Shown in pieces: positions 9,078 to 17,272 of a DNA stretch of 64,000 bases. Below the pieces are notes generated by a model. It saw only the letters and a list, made by a program, of their open reading frames with translations, was not told the origin of the DNA and did no database searches. A program made the position numbers and the translations under genes. Numbering within the stretch: the first letter of the stretch is position 1; each line of letters begins with the position of its first letter. This DNA comes from a virus, in the IMG/VR virus record IMGVR_UViG_3300021425_000029, positions 3,266 to 67,265 of that record; one strand, 5' to 3'.

Positions 9078-10889
9078 AAAAGTATAGATGTCAATGAGTT
9101 CTTCTTTACCCTTGACTTTGATCTGACCTATCGATCTCGATTCAATGTTGGTAAGTTGTTCCATTGTGTTACTGGAGTAGATTGTTTTATATTCGAGATA
9201 GTCTCCTCGAGCGGCCGTTGCTTCGAGTCTTGCGGCAAGGTTGACTGCATCTCCGATGACTGAGTAGTCAAAACGAGATTCACTACCCATATTACCAACA
9301 ATGCAATCACCTGTATTGATACCAGTGCCAACATTGATGGGGGGTAGACCCTGTTCGCTATATCGTTGTCTGAGTTCATTGGTTTTCTCTTCTATCTCTA
9401 TCGCAGACTTCACTGCCATCTCTGCGTGGTTCTCACATGGGAGGGGAGCATTCCAGAATGCCATTATACAATCACCCATGTACTTGTCGATTGTGCCACC
9501 GTTATTTAGTATAATGTTAGTCATTTCATTGAGATAATTGTTAATTAATGTGACCAAACCTTCTGCATCGTCTCTGTTCTTGTAGTGTTCCGATATGGGG
9601 GTGAAACCACAGATGTCCATAAACAAGAAGGTCATCTCTTTTCTCTCACCACCCAACTTCATTAGACTCGGATCGTTGGCCAACATATCAACCATGTCGG
9701 GTGATAGGTATGTGCCGAACTGTCCCTTAATCATTTGTTTCGCTTTGAACTGTGTGTAGAACTGAACAAATGAACCGTGTGCAAATACTAGGGTCAAAGT
9801 GATGATGGGGAATGTCGGGTCTAGTTGTACATAGTGTGTACCAAACAATTCATAAACCGTGTACAGAATACCACCGATTATGATAAAATATGATACACCT
9901 GATACGAGTATATTAGCCCTCCCTAACAGAGCTAGGAGTATAACACACAACACAAGAGTTGTCAAGACCTCATAGAAAATAAATTCTGATGGTCTCTTGA
10001 GAACTACTCCATCGATCATTGTCTTGATTAGGTTTGCTTGAATGTCATGGGGATACATTGCACCCATCGGTGTAGATACCACATTAGAACCTTCAAAGGT
10101 TGCGCCTACAATAATAATCGAACCTTCGGGTATCTGGTCTAGTTCAGTGAATGAATATCTCTTGAACTCATTCCAGTATGCGATTGTAACTGTACCCGTT
10201 ACATCTGTAGTGATTGGTTTGAACTTGGGTATACGAACAAACTCAATACCATAGTCATCTGTGGATATCTGGTAGGACGAATCACCAGCCGCAACTCTGA
10301 GTACATCTAACGCAAATGCGGGATAGAGTCGATTGTCAAAGTTCTCTAGTAGTGGTTGTCTACGAATGATACCATCCACATCTTGGGCAGATGAGATTGT
10401 ACCGTAACCAAACGAGTTGTCATGGATGATTGGTTGTGCAAACAACATACCTTCCAGTTCTGGTCGGAAGTCCTCGGCATCCCTGTCACCGAATGTCGCA
10501 GTACCGATACGAGGTGGACGATAATCTGTGTTGGTTCGATTGGATGGTGCGATTGCGACTACTGCTTGTTTCCACGATAGGATATCTGCAAAGTATTCGT
10601 CTCCTCCGAATCTGTCTGGTTCTGAAAACAAGATATTCAGACCAATCAGACTATTCTCAATCTTGTCGATCTCGTCTGCCATTACTCTTCGGGGAATGGG
10701 ATACTGTCCGAATTTGTCCAGAGTTTTCTCATCGATATCCACCAGTACAATCTGTTCGGATACCGCAGTCTCTTGACTTCTCTGAAGAGAATCAAAAAAT
10801 GAGAGTCTTGCACTCTCTAATAGAAAGGGGTCAAGTAATCGTATACCTACCATCAACCCCAGTGTGATAAGTACTTGCCATGTCTTCAT
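9069..10889 (-). CDS. CHASE2-domain class III adenylyl cyclase
   Basis: N-terminal TM, CHASE2 motifs (IVLVDIDE, DVDGIIRR), three TMs, catalytic FMDICGFT, DKYMGDCIMA, GDAVNLAARLE. Confidence 0.92.
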   Translation of the reverse strand: MKTWQVLITLGLMVGIRLLDPFLLESARLSFFDSLQRSQETAVSEQIVLVDIDEKTLDKFGQYPIPRRVMADEIDKIENSLIGLNILFSEPDRFGGDEYFADILSWKQAVVAIAPSNRTNTDYRPPRIGTATFGDRDAEDFRPELEGMLFAQPIIHDNSFGYGTISSAQDVDGIIRRQPLLENFDNRLYPAFALDVLRVAAGDSSYQISTDDYGIEFVRIPKFKPITTDVTGTVTIAYWNEFKRYSFTELDQIPEGSIIIVGATFEGSNVVSTPMGAMYPHDIQANLIKTMIDGVVLKRPSEFIFYEVLTTLVLCVILLALLGRANILVSGVSYFIIIGGILYTVYELFGTHYVQLDPTFPIITLTLVFAHGSFVQFYTQFKAKQMIKGQFGTYLSPDMVDMLANDPSLMKLGGERKEMTFLFMDICGFTPISEHYKNRDDAEGLVTLINNYLNEMTNIILNNGGTIDKYMGDCIMAFWNAPLPCENHAEMAVKSAIEIEEKTNELRQRYSEQGLPPINVGTGINTGDCIVGNMGSESRFDYSVIGDAVNLAARLEATAARGDYLEYKTIYSSNTMEQLTNIESRSIGQIKVKGKEELIDIYTFLS

Positions 10890-12004
10890 TGTACTATACT
10901 TATAGTAGTACTTACACCATTGATTACAATGGGGTCTAACTCTTTTCCGTCTTGGTCTATGTTTATTTCTGTTTCTGCGTTCTTGTCAACCGATATCTCT
11001 ACGATATCGCTTACATTTCTACTCACCAATACATTCTCACCGTCAACAATAGTTGCAACCTGAGTGACTGTATCGAATCCTTCTTCTGTGCCTTGTAGGG
11101 ATAACTCACCAGTAGTTTGTTGTTCTTTTAGAACATCCTCACCCAGTGAGTCAAAGTTATCCAACATATCTTCGAGTAGTTCAACATCCAGTAAATTGAT
11201 ATCCAATTCATTGAACTCCAGATAGTCCTTCTCCAGTTCTTCTTCTGTTAACAAGTCCTCATCCAGAAAGTCTATGTCAAGGGGATTGATATTCTTAGCG
11301 GCACTCACGCCTGTCATGAACTCTTCTGCGGTCTGTCTTTTCTTAGGGGGATTAATAATCATGATGTTGTTCAACATATCCAGAGTCAAGTCTAGAATAG
11401 ATGGTTTACTTGGGGGTGTCTCCATAACTGTTGTTGTGGTAGACTGGAATGGTTTGTTAAGTACAACTTCACCTGTCATTGTCGAAACAATAATTTCACC
11501 AGATGATACTCCATTCACATTAGGAAGAAGCACCACTAGTGTCTTTCCGAACTCATCTACCGTAACTGTGAAGTCCGTTCCACGGATACCGATAGATGCA
11601 GTCGGGGTCTTGAGCCTGATATTCTCTTTATCAACCTTACCCAGTTGACCAGATATAAATCTGGCAGTACCTTGGGCAAAGGTCATTGCAAGATCAGACT
11701 TACTTGGATCATCATCGAACACCACATTGTCAATCACAATGCGTGTGTGTTCGGTCATTCTTAGTTTACTATCATCAACAAAACGAACCTGAAGGCGACC
11801 CTCACCAGTGCGAAGGTCATCCTTCGAGATTACATCTTGTCCTTGATTTGGTTCGATCTCGTCCGAATCACGGACAATCTGTCTCCAACCTACGGCTTTA
11901 TCTACTGCACCTACTTCACTACTAGTCGCAACCGCTGGCACTACCAGAGTCAGACTGAGTGATACAAATAGTAGCGTCTGTTGTACTCGTTCCCGAACCT
12001 TCAT
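10886..12004 (-). CDS. FecR-domain periplasmic protein
   Basis: Signal-like hydrophobic stretch; DDLRTGEGR, F.DDS, TPTASIGIRGTDF FecR motifs; acidic C-terminal half. Confidence 0.85.
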   Translation of the reverse strand: MKVRERVQQTLLFVSLSLTLVVPAVATSSEVGAVDKAVGWRQIVRDSDEIEPNQGQDVISKDDLRTGEGRLQVRFVDDSKLRMTEHTRIVIDNVVFDDDPSKSDLAMTFAQGTARFISGQLGKVDKENIRLKTPTASIGIRGTDFTVTVDEFGKTLVVLLPNVNGVSSGEIIVSTMTGEVVLNKPFQSTTTTVMETPPSKPSILDLTLDMLNNIMIINPPKKRQTAEEFMTGVSAAKNINPLDIDFLDEDLLTEEELEKDYLEFNELDINLLDVELLEDMLDNFDSLGEDVLKEQQTTGELSLQGTEEGFDTVTQVATIVDGENVLVSRNVSDIVEISVDKNAETEINIDQDGKELDPIVINGVSTTISIVQ

Positions 12005-12641
12005 AATCTATCTCCAGTGAATCTGTCTGTAGAGTTGATTCTTGATGTACCTCTATGTCCCAATAACTACCAACACCAGTCAACACGAATTCGTGTCCAG
12101 CATAACCAGAACCGTTGTATAGTAAACTATTGTTGTCACCCGCAACATCCAGATTGAATGTAAGGTCTTCAGCATCAATGTTAACATCCGCAGCGTTAAA
12201 GTCACCTTCTAATACAAAATCAAAGTCCACTCCAGTAGCGGTATCCACCGAACCGATATCAAAGTCTAGGTCGTTATTACCACCAGTGATATCAATTAAA
12301 TAGTCACCTCCATCTGCACCATGAGTATTGTCCTTGTCAACATCAAACAACAAATCGTTCGTAGAACCACTGATATCAATGTCCACTGTTGAAGTACCAA
12401 TAATCTTACCAATCATATTATTACTACCTCCACTTATGTTGACATTGAAATCCATGTTGTCGCCATCAAGCAACATTTTTGTTGTATCCGAAGTTGACCC
12501 ACCGACTTTGTTTCCAGAGCCGTCTTGAACAATTTCTATAACACCACCATCACCAACTTGGTCAATGTAGATTTCATTATCTGCATATGCAGCACCAATC
12601 AAGAACATCATAACAAAAGTTAATTTTTGTTTTGCGTTCAT
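11922..12641 (-). CDS. Curlin-like secreted beta-repeat protein
   Basis: Signal peptide, NEIYIDQVG, repeated hydrophobic-x-G-x-x-N units (ISGGSNN, ISGSTND, ITGGNND, VAGDNNS). Confidence 0.65.
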   Translation of the reverse strand: MNAKQKLTFVMMFLIGAAYADNEIYIDQVGDGGVIEIVQDGSGNKVGGSTSDTTKMLLDGDNMDFNVNISGGSNNMIGKIIGTSTVDIDISGSTNDLLFDVDKDNTHGADGGDYLIDITGGNNDLDFDIGSVDTATGVDFDFVLEGDFNAADVNIDAEDLTFNLDVAGDNNSLLYNGSGYAGHEFVLTGVGSYWDIEVHQESTLQTDSLEIDYEGSGTSTTDATICITQSDSGSASGCD

Positions 12642-12645
12642 TTTT

Positions 12646-13446
12646 TTACTTTTCTCCGTTTATAACCCAGAACCCTTTTTGGTTTCCTCTCAAAATGAGT
12701 TCCAGTACACCCGCCTCTATCGCACGTTGTGTCGCAATAGACACGGATTCGTTTTGGGTAACTCCCGATTCGATCTCAACCAGTTCTGTACCCTGCTCTA
12801 TAAATTTAAACACATCTCCACCGAAAGCTGTGGAGAGTATGGTCTTACTGGATATGACATCCAACAATACCTCACCTGTTGCAACTGACACCAATCGTAT
12901 ATTAATTGTCACGGTGTCTATACTAAATTCACGAGAAGTACCAATGCCAAGGTATCTGGCACCCGCACCACCCGTGTCAACGGAAGTATCGTATCCTACT
13001 ATACCTCCTGCAATTATCATACCAGCAAAATACAGTGCCGGCAGTTTCTGAGAGTCATTTCCCTCATAAGATTGACGAGTTTGACGAATCAACTGTCGTT
13101 CTCTCGTCAGATGGTCAAGAATTTGACGGTCTACCACACGAAAGAATTTTCCGTCACCCGCACGAGTCAGTGCCCTTATCAGATATACATCTGGAGCCTG
13201 TGTAACCGCAGAACTAAAACTCGTTCCACCACTACTGTTCTGTCTCTTCTGTCCCGTCTGGTCTGTAAACTTGTAAACCGCAACTGTAGGTTTCTTCTTG
13301 GGAACTCCTACATTAATCAACTCTTCTTGTAAAAGAGTGTATTGTACTTTCGGTTCTTCTCTTTCAGGTATCTCAAATTGACCTCCGCCAATCGAAGCAC
13401 AACTAGATACCAAAATCACCAAGGGGAATAGTAATAGTCGTGACAT
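12646..13446 (-). CDS. csgG: Curli secretion channel lipoprotein CsgG
   Basis: Lipobox LVSSC; VAVYKFTDQTGQ, FSSAVTQ, GGAGARYLGIG, VSVATGEVL motifs. Confidence 0.9.
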   Translation of the reverse strand: MSRLLLFPLVILVSSCASIGGGQFEIPEREEPKVQYTLLQEELINVGVPKKKPTVAVYKFTDQTGQKRQNSSGGTSFSSAVTQAPDVYLIRALTRAGDGKFFRVVDRQILDHLTRERQLIRQTRQSYEGNDSQKLPALYFAGMIIAGGIVGYDTSVDTGGAGARYLGIGTSREFSIDTVTINIRLVSVATGEVLLDVISSKTILSTAFGGDVFKFIEQGTELVEIESGVTQNESVSIATQRAIEAGVLELILRGNQKGFWVINGEK

Positions 13447-13849
13447 TTCCATACTCATCTGTTACTGTTAATACCACTTCATCACCATCGGTGACATATG
13501 ATATACCCGTTCCTTCTATGTTGAACTCGCCCGATTCACTAGGGTTTTCTCCAAACATACTATCTACAATCTGTCTTGACAGTGTAGAATAAATTCTACT
13601 TTCTACATTACGAATAAATTTTGCGAGAGTTGTATTCTCGGCATCCCTCTCCAGTTGTTTCTGCAATTCTTCCAGTTCTTTCTTTATCGTTTCTTTTCTA
13701 CTATGTTCTTGATTCTCAATAGTCAGATAATGGGATGATTGATTGATACCACTAAAGGAAGGTGACTTGAATTCATGTTCAATGGGTGCAGCTTGCAATC
13801 CTGTTGCCACAAAAAACAACAACCCGAAACTAAGTCTCATTTTCTTCAT
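13403..13849 (-). CDS. csgF: Curli assembly protein CsgF-like
   Basis: Signal peptide then FKSPSFSG; C-terminal G.VTTITIP; adjacent to csgG. Confidence 0.8.
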   Translation of the reverse strand: MKKMRLSFGLLFFVATGLQAAPIEHEFKSPSFSGINQSSHYLTIENQEHSRKETIKKELEELQKQLERDAENTTLAKFIRNVESRIYSTLSRQIVDSMFGENPSESGEFNIEGTGISYVTDGDEVVLTVTDEYGNVTTITIPLGDFGI

Positions 13850-14087
13850 CCTGTTTTCTCCTCATCTCGATTGCGGTGTCTAGTTTCTGTTGCAATCGGA
13901 TAATATCATTATCAAGCATACGAATACGGTCAATCAACGCAATCAAAGTGACAGTGGCTTCGCTAAGTTGTTTTTCTACTTCTTCGGTGATGGTTTTCCA
14001 CACAAAGTAAATCATGTAGAGCATACCTACAGCAGCGACTATTGGGAATCCAAAGTCCTTGATTTGCGTTACTATGTCAACTTCCAC
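13830..14087 (-). CDS. Small membrane protein with coiled coil
   Basis: IKDFGFPI, one TM, DRIRMLDNDIIRL. Confidence 0.7.
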   Translation of the reverse strand: MEVDIVTQIKDFGFPIVAAVGMLYMIYFVWKTITEEVEKQLSEATVTLIALIDRIRMLDNDIIRLQQKLDTAIEMRRKQDEENET

Positions 14088-14365
14088 TAGTCTCGCCTCG
14101 CATCTTCTTTACCGTCCGCTCTACTGATACGGTTGAGGTCGGGTCTTATTCCGAGAACAACACACATAGTAGTATCCATACGAATCATATCATGATTCAT
14201 AGTTTTTACACGATTATCAAGGCTCCCCACAATCCCATGTAATGACTTCACCTGTCCGATTACGCCATCCATTATATACTTGAGTGTCAGAAACATAAAG
14301 AAACCACCTATTAAGGCGGATGCGATAGGAAACCCCAATTCTTTTATTAGGGTAAATATATCCAT
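14087..14365 (-). CDS. Small membrane protein with coiled coil (paralogue of neighbour)
   Basis: IKELGFPI, one TM, NRVKTMNHDMIRM. Confidence 0.7.
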   Translation of the reverse strand: MDIFTLIKELGFPIASALIGGFFMFLTLKYIMDGVIGQVKSLHGIVGSLDNRVKTMNHDMIRMDTTMCVVLGIRPDLNRISRADGKEDARRD

Positions 14366-14370
14366 GCTGG

Positions 14371-14378
14371 TATTTATA
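14371..14378 (-). promoter_or_regulatory. Late promoter TATAAATA for the curli-cyclase operon
   Basis: Exact TATAAATA, 5 nt before the ATG at 14365. Confidence 0.8.
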
Positions 14379-14538
14379 CGAATAAACTTTTAAAAGGACA
14401 AAAAAAATCCCCGACTTTGCGGGGATTCTTCTTTCGATTGTATTTGGTTTTATCGGGTACGACTTTCTGTCGGTAGGGACTGTCCTTGTCGAACAAGACC
14501 CGACCATGACGAGACTTTATTCTTTTTTCCTTTTTCAT
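14374..14538 (-). CDS. ArfA-like small basic protein (not in ORF track)
   Basis: 54 aa MKKEKRIKSRHGRVLFDKDSPYRQKVVPDKTKYNRKKNPRKVGDFFCPFKSLFV; GAGG RBS; late promoter at 14558-14565. Confidence 0.6.
   Translation of the reverse strand: MKKEKRIKSRHGRVLFDKDSPYRQKVVPDKTKYNRKKNPRKVGDFFCPFKSLFV
14400..14427 (-). terminator. Intrinsic terminator inside the ArfA-like ORF
   Basis: AATCCCCG-CAAAGT-CGGGGATT hairpin running into 8 U residues. Confidence 0.85.
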
Positions 14539-14557
14539 GACACACCTCTAAAACTAT

Positions 14558-14565
14558 TATTTATA
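14558..14565 (-). promoter_or_regulatory. Late promoter TATAAATA
   Basis: Exact motif upstream of the ArfA-like ORF. Confidence 0.75.
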
Positions 14566-14794
14566 CTTCTTTACGAAGTTTTGAAATAAGAGTTTCTACA
14601 TAATCAAGGTAGGTTTTCATTTCATCTTCACTTTCAAAGTAAGGGGTGTTAGCGGTCATTGCATTGCAAGAACTGACTCCTTCATCAGCATGATACTGAA
14701 GATCACCCAGATAGTTTTCTAGAAGTTTTGTCGCAGTTTTCATTAGACTTTCTTTCATAAGTATGTTCCCATATCTCTTTGAATTTCTTCCCAA
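14561..14794 (-). CDS. Hypothetical protein
   Basis: ORF in a coupled run of small genes; true start probably further downstream. Confidence 0.5.
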   Translation of the reverse strand: MGRNSKRYGNILMKESLMKTATKLLENYLGDLQYHADEGVSSCNAMTANTPYFESEDEMKTYLDYVETLISKLRKEV

Positions 14795-14946
14795 TGATTA
14801 AGTGCAGTTTCCATTGCCATAGGGATTAAGGTTTTATCACGAAAGAAGGCTCTCTCCACTTCCGCAATCACTACATCACGAGATTCGTTGTAGTTACTCT
14901 CAGCGATCTCTTGACACTCAAAAACAAATTGTCCCATTCTACTCAT
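14755..14946 (-). CDS. Hypothetical protein
   Basis: 63 aa, coupled to neighbours. Confidence 0.55.
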   Translation of the reverse strand: MSRMGQFVFECQEIAESNYNESRDVVIAEVERAFFRDKTLIPMAMETALNHWEEIQRDMGTYL

Positions 14947-15038
14947 ACAATCACCAAATCCAAAACAAAGGTTGTAAAAATTAAAATGTACAGTCCAAGG
15001 ATTTCTCCTCTCAATGTTGCGTATTGTTCTTTATTCAT
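14943..15038 (-). CDS. 31-aa hydrophobic peptide (not in ORF track)
   Basis: MNKEQYATLRGEILGLYILIFTTFVLDLVIV; GGAG RBS; ATGA overlap with next gene. Confidence 0.5.
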   Translation of the reverse strand: MNKEQYATLRGEILGLYILIFTTFVLDLVIV

Positions 15039-15041
15039 AAT

Positions 15042-15386
15042 TTACTCCACAGATTTTATTTCATTACGGATGATTGCGTTCACTATTTCTTCCGCAATCA
15101 GTTTGTGGCCACCAATGTGCCACGGATAAAGGGTATAAGGGATAGACTCAGTACACCAGTTGTAAATGGTGACCACTTCAGTCTTGGTATCTTGGGGGTC
15201 ATCCGACAGTGGGTCTTGATAGGTGACCTTAGCAGACCACTCACAGTTGACTTTCTCATCACGACCCATATCGACATAGGTCGGTTCACCCAGAATAGAC
15301 ACTAACTTATCATAGGTAGTGTTGATAGTGCCTTGACGGCAGGTCAGGTTCACATCAACATCAGTCACATATTCAATAATATTCAT
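15042..15386 (-). CDS. Hypothetical early protein
   Basis: LVSILGEP, KVNCEW, TIYNW, WHIGG motifs; downstream of early promoter. Confidence 0.7.
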   Translation of the reverse strand: MNIIEYVTDVDVNLTCRQGTINTTYDKLVSILGEPTYVDMGRDEKVNCEWSAKVTYQDPLSDDPQDTKTEVVTIYNWCTESIPYTLYPWHIGGHKLIAEEIVNAIIRNEIKSVE

Positions 15387-15394
15387 AATCATTC

Positions 15395-15441
15395 CTCATT
15401 CTCAATACAAGTATTATACAGGGTTGAACAAGGTTTGTCAA
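15395..15441 (-). promoter_or_regulatory. Early sigma70 promoter with conserved leader (copy B)
   Basis: TTGACA-17-TATAATACTTGTATTGAGAATGAG. Confidence 0.85.
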
Positions 15442-15449
15442 GGATTATT

Positions 15450-15653
15450 TTAAGTATTATCTCCGTCACGATATACGACATCGGACTTGTTGAATATCTT
15501 AGGTTTTCCACCACGCATCCACCCACCTTTCTCCCAAGGTAGCGGCAGAGTCTTGCCCTCGTACTTCTCCTGTTCCATGTGTATACTCACATAAGTGATT
15601 AAGACTGCAACAAACAAAATTATAAAACCAAGTAAGTACTCTAACATAATCAC
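15450..15653 (-). CDS. Small membrane-anchored protein
   Basis: N-terminal TM; PLPWEK and YRDGDNT motifs. Confidence 0.6.
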   Translation of the reverse strand: MIMLEYLLGFIILFVAVLITYVSIHMEQEKYEGKTLPLPWEKGGWMRGGKPKIFNKSDVVYRDGDNT

Positions 15654-15925
15654 CTCTCGTAGTGGTCGTGAACATATAGTTGAATGATTGCATAGTGCAA
15701 TACTTTTAGAATATCTTTACGATTGTAACCATCTTTGTTACCATATCGTTGGGCATACTTCATGATGTTTCCGATACAGAAACCATCACCATGGCCACCA
15801 TCGATAATAAACTCAGTCGCCTGAAACTTATTCTTCGAATAGTGTTGTCCATATGTCCCATCAATATATTCAGACAATTCTTTGATTGCCTTGTCTTCGT
15901 AATACTTGTACTCAATCTTACTCAT
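15650..15925 (-). CDS. DUF3310-like protein
   Basis: HYS, GFCIGNIMKYAQRYGNK, DILKVLHY motifs. Confidence 0.75.
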   Translation of the reverse strand: MSKIEYKYYEDKAIKELSEYIDGTYGQHYSKNKFQATEFIIDGGHGDGFCIGNIMKYAQRYGNKDGYNRKDILKVLHYAIIQLYVHDHYER

Positions 15926-16470
15926 TAGTTCCACCTATAAAAAATATGTTCACCGATACTACCAACCATATCCATACCACGGTCATGAATCCAATCAGGA
16001 CTCACATAGGATGCATGATAGTGTGTAGCACCTTCTGTTATACCACGATACTCCCCATAAGTCAAGAAGTTTTGTGCAATTAATTTAGACCTTTCCCAAC
16101 TGTCGCCCTCATTTGGTTCGTCAGACTTTCCATCACAATACCAACTAAATTGACACTTGTGTCTTACAGGAACAACACGATCTCTTTCAAGATGCCATTC
16201 ACTTAGTACCGCTTGTTGTACAACACCACAAATAGAGGATGGATACCTAGTATCGTATACACGATTCATGGTAACATCCGCAACCGCAACTTGTCCCGCA
16301 AGGGATTCGTTTCGTGATTCATGGTAGATGTTTAAGGCGAGACATCGAATATCCGATGGTGAGTGCCAAAAGGACTCTTCGGTCTGATCAATGTTGTAAT
16401 TGGTTGCACTCGATACTGTACTCAGTATTCCGAGTGTAGTTATTCCTACTATTAGTCTTTTCATAATCAT
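15925..16470 (-). CDS. Cell wall hydrolase (SleB/Hydrolase_2 family)
   Basis: CLALNIYHESRNE, GQVAVA, CQFSWYCDG, GATHYHA, IGEHIFY. Confidence 0.9.
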   Translation of the reverse strand: MIMKRLIVGITTLGILSTVSSATNYNIDQTEESFWHSPSDIRCLALNIYHESRNESLAGQVAVADVTMNRVYDTRYPSSICGVVQQAVLSEWHLERDRVVPVRHKCQFSWYCDGKSDEPNEGDSWERSKLIAQNFLTYGEYRGITEGATHYHASYVSPDWIHDRGMDMVGSIGEHIFYRWN

Positions 16471-16501
16471 GTATCCATTATACCCACTGGGGTAAAAAAA
16501 G

Positions 16502-17272
16502 TCAAGCGGTTTCTTTGAATATAATATGCAAATTACCGTCTAAGGGACTATCGTTTGGGTCTTCCATTACTACCACTTCTTCAATGATATCTTCCATTGA
16601 TCTCAATTTATCCAACTGTCTGTTTAAAGATCGTGATTTGTCCGATGCATACAATCTTTGTAAATTTAGACTTGCGAACCCTTTGCCACCACTTCCCAAC
16701 AAACCATAGAAATCCTCCAATACCCTTTCTATGTCCGAATCAAAATGTAACGCACATTGGCTCATAATGTTTTTAAACTTGCCCCTATTTCTTTCATAAA
16801 AACTTAGTTGATTTTTTAAAGGGTGTTCTGAGACAACTGTAGGAACATCACTACTACCATCTTGAAAGTATGTCAGGGACGAGAAAGGATCGTGGCCAAT
16901 TACACTAGTAATGTCCACTTCATACTCGTTGACTGCATGATCAAACTGTAACGGATCAACCCCGTGTACATCGTAATAGTTTTTCCAATAATTTATACCA
17001 CAACCCATATCAACTATCTGTTCTTCTTTATTCAAATAGTTTTCTATGAAATAAAATCCCATCAGTGATGTGAATTTACTAACTATAAGTTTTCTTGGTA
17101 GGGTAAAAGTGTTCCACTCTTCTGACCATGTGAAGTCAACCCGATCAAGTATATAATCATATTCTCTTGTTAATTGACTCCACAATTCTGTTTCAACAAA
17201 ACCTTTCTTCCAACTCGTAAACCTTTCCGACTTCACAAAGTCTTCCGATGTCTTATAATAATCAAGTTTCAT
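16502..17272 (-). CDS. Class I SAM-dependent methyltransferase-like protein
   Basis: IVDMGCG, GVDP, ALHF, LLGSGGKGF. Confidence 0.6.
   Translation of the reverse strand: MKLDYYKTSEDFVKSERFTSWKKGFVETELWSQLTREYDYILDRVDFTWSEEWNTFTLPRKLIVSKFTSLMGFYFIENYLNKEEQIVDMGCGINYWKNYYDVHGVDPLQFDHAVNEYEVDITSVIGHDPFSSLTYFQDGSSDVPTVVSEHPLKNQLSFYERNRGKFKNIMSQCALHFDSDIERVLEDFYGLLGSGGKGFASLNLQRLYASDKSRSLNRQLDKLRSMEDIIEEVVVMEDPNDSPLDGNLHIIFKETA

Noticed and set aside
9069-10889. Pycsar/CBASS-like defence cyclase
   Set aside because: It has a CHASE2 receptor architecture with ATP-type specificity residues and no adjacent cyclic-nucleotide effector gene
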